From an uncultured Candidatus Saccharibacteria bacterium (lineage in GTDB: Bacteria; Patescibacteriota; Minisyncoccia; Phycocordibacterales; UBA12088), in assembly GCA_964411375.1 (NCBI GenBank), contig CAYPKR010000001.1:40227-104226 (forward strand): a DNA stretch of 64,000 bases, given 5' to 3'. Below, piece by piece: positions 44,689-54,311 of this stretch. The notes beneath the pieces were generated by a model, which saw nothing but the letters and a program-made list of their open reading frames with translations, did no database searches and was not told the DNA's origin. Positions within the stretch are counted from its first letter, which is position 1. Every line of letters starts with the position of its first letter. The translations under genes and the position numbers were made by a program.

Positions 44689-46386
44689 ATGACCCAATCC
44701 GAAGTGCTCGATATCCTCAAAACTGGCGCGAATGTATTCCTGACTGGCGAGCCAGGTTCTGGAAAGACGCATACGACGAATGAATACATTCGCTATCTTC
44801 GCGAACACGGTATTGAACCTGCGGTTACTGCATCAACCGGCATCGCCGCAACGCACAGCGGCGGACAGACAATTCATTCGTGGAGTGGAATCGGCATCAA
44901 GTCTTCCCTCTCTCCGTATGATCTCGATCAGATTGCATCAAACGAAGGTCGTGCCAAAAAAATCCGCCGCACGACAACACTCATCATCGACGAAGTGTCG
45001 ATGCTCTCTGCGGCAACGCTTTCGATGGTTGATGCGGTGTGTCGCGAAGTAAAAGGTCGCGATGAACCGTTTGGTGGACTACAGATTGTACTCGTCGGCG
45101 ATTTTTTCCAGCTACCACCAATTGAAAAAGGCGGGAGCGACCTTTTTGGTGCACCAAATCCATCCGGTGAAAAAAACTTCGCGTATCGTTCCCCTTCATG
45201 GGAGAAGATGCGCGCGGTTGTCTGCTATCTCTCTGAACAGCATCGCCAAGAAGATGATTCGTTTCTTGGGGTTTTGACGGCGATTAGAAATGGTTCGGTT
45301 GGCGCAACGCATCACAAATTGCTTCGTGAGCGAAAGATTGAAAAAGAGAACGAAAATGCAACGCAACTTTTTTCACACAATATCGATGTTGATCGAATCA
45401 ATGATGCGGAACTCGCGAAACTTGCGGGCAATCCGCGCACGTACACCATGACCTCACGTGGTGCGACCCATCTCACCGAACAGTTGAAGCGCGGCTGTCT
45501 CTCTCCTGAATTTCTTTCACTCAAAATCGGCGCACGAGTGATGTTCACCAAAAATAATTTTGAAGAAGGATATGTAAACGGCACACTCGGTATTGTTGAG
45601 TCATTTTCAGACCAAGGACCGGTCGTCAAAATCCGATCAGGAAAAGTAATCACGGTGACGCCGCTTGAATGGACGGTGGAAGACTCGGGGAAAATTCTCG
45701 CAAAGATTATTCAGCTGCCGCTCCGCCTCGCATGGGCGATCACTGTACACAAAAGCCAAGGAATGTCTTTGGATGCCGCGCATATGGATCTCTCAAAAGC
45801 ATTTGAATACGGACAAGGGTATGTGGCGCTTTCTCGCGTGCGCACATTATCTGGTGTTTCCTTGATCGGTATTAATGAACGCGCGCTCCAGGTGCACCCA
45901 ATGATCGCAAAGCAGGATGTGGCGTTTCGCAGTGAATCGAAGGAAGCGGTGGAAGCGTTTGGAGGAATTTCAAAAAAAGAGTTGGGAGAAATGCATGCCA
46001 ATTTTATTAAAGCTTCTGGTGGAACACTGACCGCAAAAAAGATTGCGCCGAAGAGCCTGAAGGAGAAAAAGATGCCGAAGAAGGGTGACACCATCGCGGC
46101 GACCAAAACGTTTGTTGATAAAAAACTTCCGATTGAAGCAATCGCAAAAGAGAGAGGGGTGACACTCGGAACAATACTCGGTCATGTCGAATCGCTCTAC
46201 GTTGATGGAAAAATTGGAAAGACAGAACTTACTGCACTCTTCAAAAACCAACGGAAGTCATTTTCCGATATAGAGAAAGCGTTCTACAAACTTGGTGCTG
46301 AAAAACTCAAGCCTATTTTTGAGTATTTCAAAGGAAAGGTCTCGTACGATGAGATAAAGATGGCGCGAATGCTCTTTGAGAAGTAG
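44689..46386 (+). CDS. PIF1/RecD-family ATP-dependent DNA helicase with C-terminal extension
   Basis: Walker A FLTGEPGSGKTH. Walker B LIIDEVSM. C-terminal helicase motifs VHKSQGMSLD...ALSRVR. About 150 extra C-terminal residues. Confidence 0.85.
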   Translation: MTQSEVLDILKTGANVFLTGEPGSGKTHTTNEYIRYLREHGIEPAVTASTGIAATHSGGQTIHSWSGIGIKSSLSPYDLDQIASNEGRAKKIRRTTTLIIDEVSMLSAATLSMVDAVCREVKGRDEPFGGLQIVLVGDFFQLPPIEKGGSDLFGAPNPSGEKNFAYRSPSWEKMRAVVCYLSEQHRQEDDSFLGVLTAIRNGSVGATHHKLLRERKIEKENENATQLFSHNIDVDRINDAELAKLAGNPRTYTMTSRGATHLTEQLKRGCLSPEFLSLKIGARVMFTKNNFEEGYVNGTLGIVESFSDQGPVVKIRSGKVITVTPLEWTVEDSGKILAKIIQLPLRLAWAITVHKSQGMSLDAAHMDLSKAFEYGQGYVALSRVRTLSGVSLIGINERALQVHPMIAKQDVAFRSESKEAVEAFGGISKKELGEMHANFIKASGGTLTAKKIAPKSLKEKKMPKKGDTIAATKTFVDKKLPIEAIAKERGVTLGTILGHVESLYVDGKIGKTELTALFKNQRKSFSDIEKAFYKLGAEKLKPIFEYFKGKVSYDEIKMARMLFEK

Positions 46387-46451
46387 TAAATTGCTCTAGG
46401 GAATGTGGATGATTCATTTTGTAGTATTTGTGTCGTGATACACTACTAGGA

Positions 46452-46934
46452 ATGGCTGAAGAGGTTCCTCAATTTGAATGGAGTGCATACGAGCACGAAC
46501 ATATGGAGCGCTCAAATGAGTGGTTCTGGATCGTTGGCATCATTGCGGTTGCACTCGCAATTGCGGCTTTGATTCTCGGTAATCCCCTCTTCGCGGCACT
46601 CATCGTCATCTCGGCATTTCTTCTTGCGATGTTTGCGGTGAAGAAGCCGGAAGAAATACTCTACCAACTCACCCCAAAAGGCGTGCGCATTAATAACGCA
46701 CTCTATCCATACCGAACGCTCAATTCATTTTTCGTAACGCATGGTGATCCGCGTCTTGATATGATTCCAAAGTTGCTCCTTGAATCAGAACGTCCGCTGA
46801 TGCCGCTCATGTCCATTCCACTTGCACCGGGAATGGATCCGGATGATGTCCGAGAATTCATGCTCCAATTTGTAAAAGAAGAGGAACACAAGGAACCAAT
46901 CGCTCATCACCTTCTGGCGATGATTGGACTCTAG
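46452..46934 (+). CDS. hypothetical membrane protein
   Basis: Two adjacent TM helices (WFWIVGIIAVALAIAALILGNPLFAALIVISAFLLAMF). Start taken at MAEEVPQ. Confidence 0.4.
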   Translation: MAEEVPQFEWSAYEHEHMERSNEWFWIVGIIAVALAIAALILGNPLFAALIVISAFLLAMFAVKKPEEILYQLTPKGVRINNALYPYRTLNSFFVTHGDPRLDMIPKLLLESERPLMPLMSIPLAPGMDPDDVREFMLQFVKEEEHKEPIAHHLLAMIGL

Positions 46935-47005
46935 TGATCTGGAAAAAATCGACGTTTCTTGCTACAGTGCCTCGACAAGGCGCTTTTCCGTTATCGCCTC
47001 AATAT

Positions 47006-47077
47006 CCTCTCGTAGTTCAACGGATAGAACGCGGGATTGCGGATCCCGTAATGTAGGTTCGATTCCTGCCGAGAGGA
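47006..47077 (+). tRNA. tRNA-Arg with apparent GCG anticodon
   Basis: CCTCTCGTAGTTCAACGGATAGAACGCGGGATTGCGGATCCCGTAATGTAGGTTCGATTCCTGCCGAGAGGA. Good cloverleaf with anticodon loop TTGCGGA. Followed by a strong terminator. Confidence 0.72.
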
Positions 47078-47082
47078 CAAGA

Positions 47083-47125
47083 AAAACGAAAAATGCCCCG
47101 AATTTCATCGGGGCATTTTTCGTTT
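47083..47125 (+). terminator. strong bidirectional terminator hairpin
   Basis: AAAAACGAAAAATGCCCCGA-ATTTCA-TCGGGGCATTTTTCGTTT. Confidence 0.85.
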
Positions 47126-47172
47126 GCACAGAAGCTGGTAACCGAGTAAGGTACTGGCGGGTTAGTAAAGGT

Positions 47173-47892
47173 ATGGGAAGGGATAAAGAGATGCTACAGG
47201 CAGTGATTCTCGCCGCAGGCGAAGGTACACGGATGCGTCCCCTCACTATTGAGAAACCGAAACCGCTTATCAATGTCAGCGGCACGCCAATTTTGTCCCA
47301 CATAATGGGGCAACTTCCGCATTCGGTGAATGGAATCGTTCTAGTCATCGAGTATAAAGGCGGAATGATTCGCAAATATTATGGCGATGAATTTGAGGGT
47401 CGCCCCATAGAATATGTAGAGCAACGGGAAAGAGGAACATTCGGCGCGCTCGCATCAGCAGAAGAATATCTGACCGAGCGATTCCTTGTACTGAACGGTG
47501 ACGATCTTGTTTTCGAAGCCGATCTCAAAAACCTACTTCGCAAACGCACCGCAATACTCGCCGCAAGACACAGAGAGGCGCAGAATTTTGGGGTCATTTC
47601 GAAAACAGTCATCGGTGCAAAACTCCTCGGGATCGAGGAGCAACCAGAACGTCCGAGAAGTAATCTCGTGAATACTGGCGCCTATGTACTCACAAGGGGG
47701 ATCTTCGAATATCGCCAGTACGCTACACGCCGCGGCGATGAACTACTTTTGACGCCAGCGATAACCGCCTATGCCAAGGATCACCCTATGGATGTTGTCG
47801 AGACAAATTGGTGGTGCCCCATCGGCACACCCGAAGCAATTCCAGTTGCCGAACAGATGCTCCTCAGGCGAGAGCGACTCGATCTCGATTAG
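47173..47892 (+). CDS. sugar-phosphate nucleotidyltransferase (NTP_transferase family)
   Basis: LQAVILAAGEGTRMRPLTIEKPKPL matches the G-x-G-T-R motif. The upstream part of the ORF is accounted for by the tRNA and terminator. Start at 47173 or 47191. Confidence 0.8.
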   Translation: MGRDKEMLQAVILAAGEGTRMRPLTIEKPKPLINVSGTPILSHIMGQLPHSVNGIVLVIEYKGGMIRKYYGDEFEGRPIEYVEQRERGTFGALASAEEYLTERFLVLNGDDLVFEADLKNLLRKRTAILAARHREAQNFGVISKTVIGAKLLGIEEQPERPRSNLVNTGAYVLTRGIFEYRQYATRRGDELLLTPAITAYAKDHPMDVVETNWWCPIGTPEAIPVAEQMLLRRERLDLD

Positions 47893-47956
47893 TCAGAGCA
47901 CATGAAAGCGAAAACACCCCCGAACAGATCGTTCGGGGGTGCCTTCATTTTGATTT

Positions 47957-48214
47957 TTATTTCTTGACCATTGCGGCTACCTGCGACTTCTTTCGTGCGG
48001 CGTTGTTCTTTTTGATAAGTCCGCGCTTTGCTGCCTTGTCGATTGCTTGGTATGCAGCAGGAAGGAGTTTTTCTGCACCAGCCTTGTCCCCTGCGGCGAC
48101 CAACTTCTTAACCGCCTTAATAGACGTATCAAGAGCTGTTTTGCGGCGAAGGTTGAAGACGCGCTTTCGGTCGGAAACGCGAAGTGCTTTTTTGGCTGAT
48201 GTCGTAATCGGCAT
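47957..48214 (-). CDS. rpsT: 30S ribosomal protein S20
   Basis: MPITTSAKKALRVSDRKRVFNLRRKTALDTSIKAV. Confidence 0.9.
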   Translation of the reverse strand: MPITTSAKKALRVSDRKRVFNLRRKTALDTSIKAVKKLVAAGDKAGAEKLLPAAYQAIDKAAKRGLIKKNNAARKKSQVAAMVKK

Positions 48215-48284
48215 TCCGGTAATCTACCACAAGCCTATAAAAAGGCAAATGGGCGAATACCGGTCGGGACGGTATGATGGAGGA

Positions 48285-48848
48285 ATGATCGCAAGTATTA
48301 GAGGTACGGTTACGGGAGTAAGCAAATCTTCACTCATTATTGATGTTGGTGGCGTTGGCTACCGAATCTACACAACCGAAGCAACAGCGCTATCCTATTC
48401 CGTCGGCTCCCCTGCAGAATTATCCACCTACCTTGCCGTTCGAGAGAATGCACTCGATCTATTTGGCTTTGAAAATACCGCGGAACTTTCCTTCTTTGAA
48501 CTCCTTCTCGAAGTTCCCGGAATTGGTCCGCGCTCAGCACTCAATATATTGTCGATCGCTGACATAAGAACACTTCGCGAAGCAATTGCTTCAAAAAATG
48601 CAGGATACCTCACTCGTGTTTCTGGTATTGGAAAGAAGAGCGCTGAAAAAATTGTTATCACGCTCCAAGACAAGGTGACAAAGGGTACGCCGATCGGCAA
48701 TCTCGATTCTGAAGCCGATGCACTTGAAGCACTGCGTGCACTCGGATACTCTCCAAAAGAAGCGCGCGATGCGCTTCAAGAAGTGCCGCGGGAAATTACT
48801 GATGTCGGCGAGCGTGTTCGCGCAGCACTCGGACTCCTTGGAAAATAA
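48285..48848 (+). CDS. ruvA: Holliday junction DNA helicase RuvA
   Basis: Starts at internal Met MIASIRGTV (GGAGGA ribosome-binding site upstream). HhH motifs LLEVPGIGPRSALNIL and LTRVSGIGKKSAEKI. Confidence 0.9.
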   Translation: MIASIRGTVTGVSKSSLIIDVGGVGYRIYTTEATALSYSVGSPAELSTYLAVRENALDLFGFENTAELSFFELLLEVPGIGPRSALNILSIADIRTLREAIASKNAGYLTRVSGIGKKSAEKIVITLQDKVTKGTPIGNLDSEADALEALRALGYSPKEARDALQEVPREITDVGERVRAALGLLGK

Positions 48849-48860
48849 TTAAATCGACTA

Positions 48861-50135
48861 ATGCATAGTTTGCGTAGAGTAATAAAAAGTCTCGTTCCGA
48901 AAGGAATGCTTGATGCCATACTTCCCCTCTATCACCGTACCCTCGTTTTTCTGGGCGCGGTTCGCTATGGCTTTCCTTCGAAAGATATAAAAGTCATTGG
49001 CGTCACTGGAACAAAAGGCAAATCAACAGTCGTTGAACTCATCCGCGCAATCTTCGACGAAGCAGGATATATGACTGCGTCCGCCGGAACCATTCGATTT
49101 ACAATCGGCGAAGAAGAGCGGCCAAATCTCTTCAAGATGACCATGCCAGGGCGTTTTTTTATGCAGGAATTTCTCCATGACGCGAAAGTTGCCGGCTGTC
49201 AGTATGCGATTATTGAAATGACGTCTGAAGGTGCGAAACAATTTCGCCACAAACATATCGAGCTTGATGCGCTGGTCTTCACCAACATCGCTCCTGAACA
49301 TATCGAATCGCACGGTTCATTTGAAAACTATTTGGCAGCTAAACTCTCACTTCGTGATTCTTTGAACGAATCGACAAAGTCGTCACGCTTCATGGTTGCC
49401 AATCGCGATGATCAACACGGTGCTGATTTTCTTTCAGTTCAAAAAGGAGTAACGCCGATTTCGTTTTCTCAGAAAGATGCTGAACCGTATGCAGTAAATG
49501 ATCGTGGTATTCTCTTCACGATTGACGGAGTAACACTCCATTCTCCCCTTCTTGGTACATTTAATCTCTACAATCTTCTTGCGGCAGTGAAGATTGCTCG
49601 TGCGTTTGGCATTTCGTATGAAGCGATCAAATCTGCGCTTGCAAAAACGACCGAAGTTCAAGGACGCGTACAAAAAATTGAAGCGGGGCAAAAATTTCAA
49701 GCAGTAGTGGATTATGCGCACACGCCAGAATCGCTTGAAGCCTTGTACCGCGCATTCACTGGAAAGCGAATCATTGCGGTTCTTGGAAACACTGGCGGCG
49801 GACGCGATACGTGGAAAAGGCCGGTGATGGGAGCGATCGCCGAAAAATATGCGAGCCATGTCATTCTCACCAATGAAGATCCGTATGACGAAAATCCAGA
49901 TGCGATCATTGCAGAAATGGCAGCAGGCATGAAAGAAAAAATTCCCGAAATAATTCTTGACCGACGTGAGGCGATCAAGAAAGCACTCTCGCTCGCAGAA
50001 CCGCGCGATGTGGTTTTGATTTCCGGCAAAGGCACTGATCCATACATCATGGGACCAAATGGTACCAAAGAGAGGTGGAGTGATGCGGAAGTAGTGCGCG
50101 AGGAACTCTCGGCACTCCTCAAAAAGACGCTATAA
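48861..50135 (+). CDS. Mur ligase family protein (MurE-like, lacking N-terminal domain)
   Basis: P-loop IGVTGTKGKSTV. Central and C-terminal sequence patterns typical of Mur ligases (DYAHTPESL, ISGKGTDPY). Confidence 0.65.
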   Translation: MHSLRRVIKSLVPKGMLDAILPLYHRTLVFLGAVRYGFPSKDIKVIGVTGTKGKSTVVELIRAIFDEAGYMTASAGTIRFTIGEEERPNLFKMTMPGRFFMQEFLHDAKVAGCQYAIIEMTSEGAKQFRHKHIELDALVFTNIAPEHIESHGSFENYLAAKLSLRDSLNESTKSSRFMVANRDDQHGADFLSVQKGVTPISFSQKDAEPYAVNDRGILFTIDGVTLHSPLLGTFNLYNLLAAVKIARAFGISYEAIKSALAKTTEVQGRVQKIEAGQKFQAVVDYAHTPESLEALYRAFTGKRIIAVLGNTGGGRDTWKRPVMGAIAEKYASHVILTNEDPYDENPDAIIAEMAAGMKEKIPEIILDRREAIKKALSLAEPRDVVLISGKGTDPYIMGPNGTKERWSDAEVVREELSALLKKTL

Positions 50136-50142
50136 TCTCGCT

Positions 50143-51042
50143 ATGGAAAAGGGCAACGGCGATATCGTATTTTTCATACTCATATTTATTGCAATCGGTA
50201 TTGGATGGTTGGTATCAACGAACACGCCAACCACTTCAACCAATTTTTTTAGCGCACTTGTTCCTGTTTCGTCGCAAAGCACCAGCTCGGGCGCAACTAT
50301 CCAAAATCCGGGAAGCAGTACTTCAAACACTTCTTCCGGTAGTACAGCAGGAACAAATACCAAACCTCCAGTCTTCAAAGTGACAATCGATCGATCGTGG
50401 TCAAATCCGAAGACAACCACGATTGATACAGAATATGTCGTCGTGTACGCGGATTACCAAAACACCGGACCGGTGTCTCTTGCGGGTTGGAAAATCCAAA
50501 GTGCAGTTTCTGGTGCTTCCTACATAATTCCCCAGGGAGTACGAGTACCGACTGCCGGACAAGTAGGTACGGTTGAATCAGTTTCTCTTCGCCCAGGAGA
50601 CCGAGCGATTATCACGAGCGGTCGCTCTCCCATCGGACAATCATTTCTTGAAAATAAATGCACGGGATATTTAGGACAGTTTCAAAATTTTTATCCAAGC
50701 CTAGGGAGAAGTTGTCCGCTCCCAAGTAGCGAGCTTCCCTACAGTATTGATAACGCTCGAACCTACGGTGATGCGTGCTTCGACTATTTGAATCGAATAG
50801 ATCAGTGCACCGTGGCAACAAGCGGCTCGATTCCGAATACTCTGCCGCAAGCGTGTCAGATGTTTATCTCAACGCGACTCACGTACAACGGATGCATGAA
50901 TGCACACCGAAATGATTCTGATTTTTTTGGAACAACGTGGCGACTCTATTTGAATCGTGAAGGAGAAATTTGGCGCGACCGACGCGAAGAAATTGATCTC
51001 ATCAATGCGAGTGGTGTAATTGTCGACAGCTACTCGTACTAG
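50143..51042 (+). CDS. secreted/anchored protein with Ser/Thr-rich linker and lamin-tail-like domain
   Basis: N-terminal TM, low-complexity STS linker, then YVVVYADYQNTGPVSLAGWKIQ resembling a lamin-tail domain. Cys-rich C-terminus. Confidence 0.4.
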   Translation: MEKGNGDIVFFILIFIAIGIGWLVSTNTPTTSTNFFSALVPVSSQSTSSGATIQNPGSSTSNTSSGSTAGTNTKPPVFKVTIDRSWSNPKTTTIDTEYVVVYADYQNTGPVSLAGWKIQSAVSGASYIIPQGVRVPTAGQVGTVESVSLRPGDRAIITSGRSPIGQSFLENKCTGYLGQFQNFYPSLGRSCPLPSSELPYSIDNARTYGDACFDYLNRIDQCTVATSGSIPNTLPQACQMFISTRLTYNGCMNAHRNDSDFFGTTWRLYLNREGEIWRDRREEIDLINASGVIVDSYSY

Positions 51043-51054
51043 CTACTCTGGAAC

Positions 51055-52074
51055 TTAGAAATCTTCTGGTCCGCCCTCCACATGATCAGCGGCCGTGTAT
51101 TCCTTGATAGAAACTCCTGATTGCCGAGCTTTCTCTCGATTTGCCTGATCAAGAAATATGAGCTGGCCACCAGCACTCAATTTTCTCTTAAATTCATTTT
51201 CGATTTCATCTACATATTGCACATGTTTTGCTTGTGCCTCTGGCGAGGTGAATGATCTTTCGTCCCACCTACTATTCCATTGGTAAAAAGCCTGCACCGC
51301 CTTGAAAATTGCTTCTTTAGTGGGAGTGTGTGGACCGAAACTATCTACCATAAAATGTTCGGCGGCTTCACCAGCATTTTTGGCAGGTGCTCCTGTCTCT
51401 ACATCAAAATCAAGTGCAGGTTGTACATACTCAACTTCAGAATATGACTTCTTATCATCTCCTTCTGCGATATATGCGCGCTTCCATCCGACAGTATTCC
51501 AAAATTTCTCCGACGTCGAGGTGCATTCACCAGCGGCAAAGACTAGTTCTTTTCCTTCTGCTTTTGCAGATTTCGCAGCATCCAGGATTGCTGATATATA
51601 TGCTTCACGTGCCAGACCACCCTGTCTCGCATTTGGATCAGTGACTGCATATGCGACCATAAACATCAACTTGTTGGTCGGGAGCCCTTCTTCGTCCATG
51701 AGATCAAGTAGGCCACCAGTAACGGTCGAAACAACTACCCCTTTTTCATCCTTAATTACATGAATACGTTGGGGAATGTCTTCAAATCCCTCTGGAGTTT
51801 TCCCTTCAACGGAACTGCGTAAGATTTCTTCCGGATCAACTTCTGCAGCGCCGAATGTTTTCTCGAACAATCCCTGAACCTGGGAGAGATCTGGATGATC
51901 AGACTGTTCGAGTGATTCGATCGTAAACCGCCTTTCCCCTACTTCGATCTGTGTACTGGGAGAGTCCGGATGCAGTCTTTTAAATTTGCTTTGTGCAATA
52001 AGACGCTCAATATCTTGTTCTGCAGGTGTCTTTTCAGGGGCGGCTTCCTGGGTAGGAAATTGTTCGAGTTTCAT
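51055..52074 (-). CDS. hypothetical protein
   Basis: 339 aa, acidic, no motif recognised. Bounded by good intergenic gaps. Confidence 0.45.
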   Translation of the reverse strand: MKLEQFPTQEAAPEKTPAEQDIERLIAQSKFKRLHPDSPSTQIEVGERRFTIESLEQSDHPDLSQVQGLFEKTFGAAEVDPEEILRSSVEGKTPEGFEDIPQRIHVIKDEKGVVVSTVTGGLLDLMDEEGLPTNKLMFMVAYAVTDPNARQGGLAREAYISAILDAAKSAKAEGKELVFAAGECTSTSEKFWNTVGWKRAYIAEGDDKKSYSEVEYVQPALDFDVETGAPAKNAGEAAEHFMVDSFGPHTPTKEAIFKAVQAFYQWNSRWDERSFTSPEAQAKHVQYVDEIENEFKRKLSAGGQLIFLDQANREKARQSGVSIKEYTAADHVEGGPEDF

Positions 52075-52090
52075 ACAGCCATGATAGCGT

Positions 52091-52582
52091 CTAATTGTTA
52101 GGACGGGAATTAAAAAGTATTACCCCAGCCGATACTGATACATTAAGCGATTCTTTTTTCCCGTACATAGGAATTTCGGCAATAACATCTGCCTTCTCTA
52201 AAATTTCAGATGGAATCCCCGTAACTTCGTTTCCAAATATAAACGCCGCACTTTCTTTTATAGTGATTGATTTATAGTCGACAGAATTTTCTGCCTGTTC
52301 AACGGCAATAATCTGAACTCCGTCTTTTTTGAGTTTTTCAATGAGTGCCACAATGTCAGGATGTTGTTCCCACGATACGGATTCTTCAGCACCAAGCGCT
52401 GCCTTGGCAACATCCTTTCGTTTTCTTCCAAATCGATCGAGTGGAGTCGGGGTGTAGCCGGTTAGATATATTTTCGAAATTCCTGCCGCGTCAGCAGTGC
52501 GAAAAATGGCGCCGACATTTTCTGCGCTTCGTATATCGTGGAGAATGACTATATGTTCGGTATCCATAATTCCCATGTTCAC
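52091..52582 (-). CDS. SpoU/TrmH-family RNA 2-prime-O-methyltransferase
   Basis: HDIRSAENVGAIFRTADAAG and FGNEVTGIPSEI SPOUT motifs. Confidence 0.8.
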   Translation of the reverse strand: MNMGIMDTEHIVILHDIRSAENVGAIFRTADAAGISKIYLTGYTPTPLDRFGRKRKDVAKAALGAEESVSWEQHPDIVALIEKLKKDGVQIIAVEQAENSVDYKSITIKESAAFIFGNEVTGIPSEILEKADVIAEIPMYGKKESLNVSVSAGVILFNSRPNN

Positions 52583-52613
52583 ACGCGCGTCCGCACCATG
52601 CTAGAGTGTCTTC

Positions 52614-52991
52614 ATGTTTACCATATTTCCCGATCTCTTAACATTTAGTTTCTTTGCGCCAACTATTTTGCGAATCTTTGCTGGCACCTTTTTTCTCTTT
52701 GCTGCATTCACATTAGTCGCACGCACGAGACGACACACTGCTGAATCAACGCCGTTTACGTGGTACTGCATTTTGGCTGAAACAGTTGTCGGAGTGTTGC
52801 TTCTTGTAGGAGCGTGGACACAGATCGGTGCAATTCTCGGTTTTTTCTTGTCCGCAAAATTATTGTATTTCTCAAAGAAACGGTCACATCTCGCACCAGA
52901 ATCGGCAGGTGCCTATATTCTCCTCATCGGTATCTGTCTCTCAATCCTTATATCAAGCGCGGGCGCACTTGCGTTTGATTTGCCCCTCTAA
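52614..52991 (+). CDS. DoxX-like small membrane protein
   Basis: 125 aa, 4 TM. Confidence 0.35.
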   Translation: MFTIFPDLLTFSFFAPTILRIFAGTFFLFAAFTLVARTRRHTAESTPFTWYCILAETVVGVLLLVGAWTQIGAILGFFLSAKLLYFSKKRSHLAPESAGAYILLIGICLSILISSAGALAFDLPL

Positions 52992-53053
52992 ACTTATTTC
53001 TTATTTATGATATATTGTCGCCACGTTGGATTGCGGTGGCGATCTAATGAAAT

Positions 53054-53126
53054 CCGCCCATAGCTCAGTCGGTAGAGCGGCTCCCTTTTAAGGAGATGGT
53101 CCCAGGTTCGAATCCTGGTGGGCGGA
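53054..53126 (+). tRNA. tRNA-Lys (TTT)
   Basis: CCGCCCATAGCTCAGTCGGTAGAGCGGCTCCCTTTTAAGGAGATGGTCCCAGGTTCGAATCCTGGTGGGCGGA. C1-G72 pair. Terminator follows. Confidence 0.85.
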
Positions 53127-53141
53127 CAAGCGTTAAGAAAT

Positions 53142-53164
53142 CCTGACCTGCGTCAGGTTTTTTA
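53142..53164 (+). terminator. intrinsic terminator after tRNA-Lys
   Basis: CCTGACCTGCGTCAGGTTTTTTAAT. Nested in the outer inverted repeat GGACAAGC...GCTTGTCC. Confidence 0.8.
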
Positions 53165-53299
53165 ATGCTTGTCCGCGGCGGAGGCATATCGCGAAGCGAT
53201 GCCGAGCCGGGGTCGCGACCACTTAGTTTTTGAGGAGCAGAGCGACGAATAAAACTTAGTGAGTCGTGACGACAAAGTCAATTTGAGAACACATTTTAT

Positions 53300-53947
53300 T
53301 TAAATCCCAAGTACAAATTCCTCTACTCCTTCCTTCATCTCCCCCCTTCCTCGCCGCGCTTCGTGGTAGACCGTTACTAATTTTTTGAGAAACTCCCGAA
53401 GTTCGCTTTCAGAAAATGCGCCAAATGTTTTCCTCTGGAGCATGGTTTTCAGTTTCCAAAACACCATGCCATGCAAAGCTTCAGGTGCTGATCCTCGATC
53501 AATCGCTTCGAGATACAAAACCCATGCAGATTTTTTGTCACGACGTCCTACTGCGTCAGCAAGGGCGAAATCATTCGGTCGAACTGTTTCTTTGGAAGCC
53601 GTAAATTCAAAAAACTTCTCCGCATATTTTTCTACTGCAGTTTTCGGTTTTTTGAGAAGTGCACCTTCTTTGAAGATAAAAATATTTTCTGATCCCTTGA
53701 AATCAGTAAGCCTGTGGGAAATCACTTCAAACGATTCTGTGTCATCAAATATATGCTCAAGAACCGCAATAAGCTTCCGCTCAAACAATCCTTGGCCGCC
53801 AACTAACTCGTCGATAAGCGTGTCAGTGATTTCCTCCGATACATGAACGATGCTTGCATCTGGTTTTTTAGCACGAAGAGTCGCGACAAGTGTGTTTGCT
53901 TTCTCCGCCACCTTTCGTGTATCTGTTCCTGAAAATACGTACAGCAT
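53300..53947 (-). CDS. holA: DNA polymerase III delta subunit-like (short)
   Basis: MLYVFSGTDTRKVAEKANTLV N-terminus and overall HolA-like pattern, but only 215 aa. Confidence 0.45.
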   Translation of the reverse strand: MLYVFSGTDTRKVAEKANTLVATLRAKKPDASIVHVSEEITDTLIDELVGGQGLFERKLIAVLEHIFDDTESFEVISHRLTDFKGSENIFIFKEGALLKKPKTAVEKYAEKFFEFTASKETVRPNDFALADAVGRRDKKSAWVLYLEAIDRGSAPEALHGMVFWKLKTMLQRKTFGAFSESELREFLKKLVTVYHEARRGRGEMKEGVEEFVLGI

Positions 53948-54311
53948 GCACGCATTGTATCAAAAATGACGTAATGAATGGAAAGGGCGGCCGAAGCCGC
54001 CCTATTCGTCGAATTCAGCTCCTCTCACTGCAGGAGCGACTCGTTCTGATTGTTGCTGGATCGAATAGTGGCTGGCTCACTCGAGCGAGCCACGAGAGAA
54101 AAACGTCCATTAAGTTATCAAGCATCCTGGTTTCTCCTCATTTCAGCGTCTGATCTCCCCGAGGAGAAACTCTTCTGATTAGCAGGTCGACGACCACAAT
54201 GAGAATCAAGAAAGCCAAACCAACTTTGACACATGTTCCTAGATCGGGCATCTTTCACACCTCCACATTTCAAAAATCGAGTGTACTCCCTTTTTAAAAA
54301 TTGTCGAGAAA

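Noticed and set aside
46924-47172. N-terminal 83 codons of the ORF 46924..47892
   Set aside because: The region contains a tRNA and a strong terminator. The real nucleotidyltransferase starts at 47173/47191.
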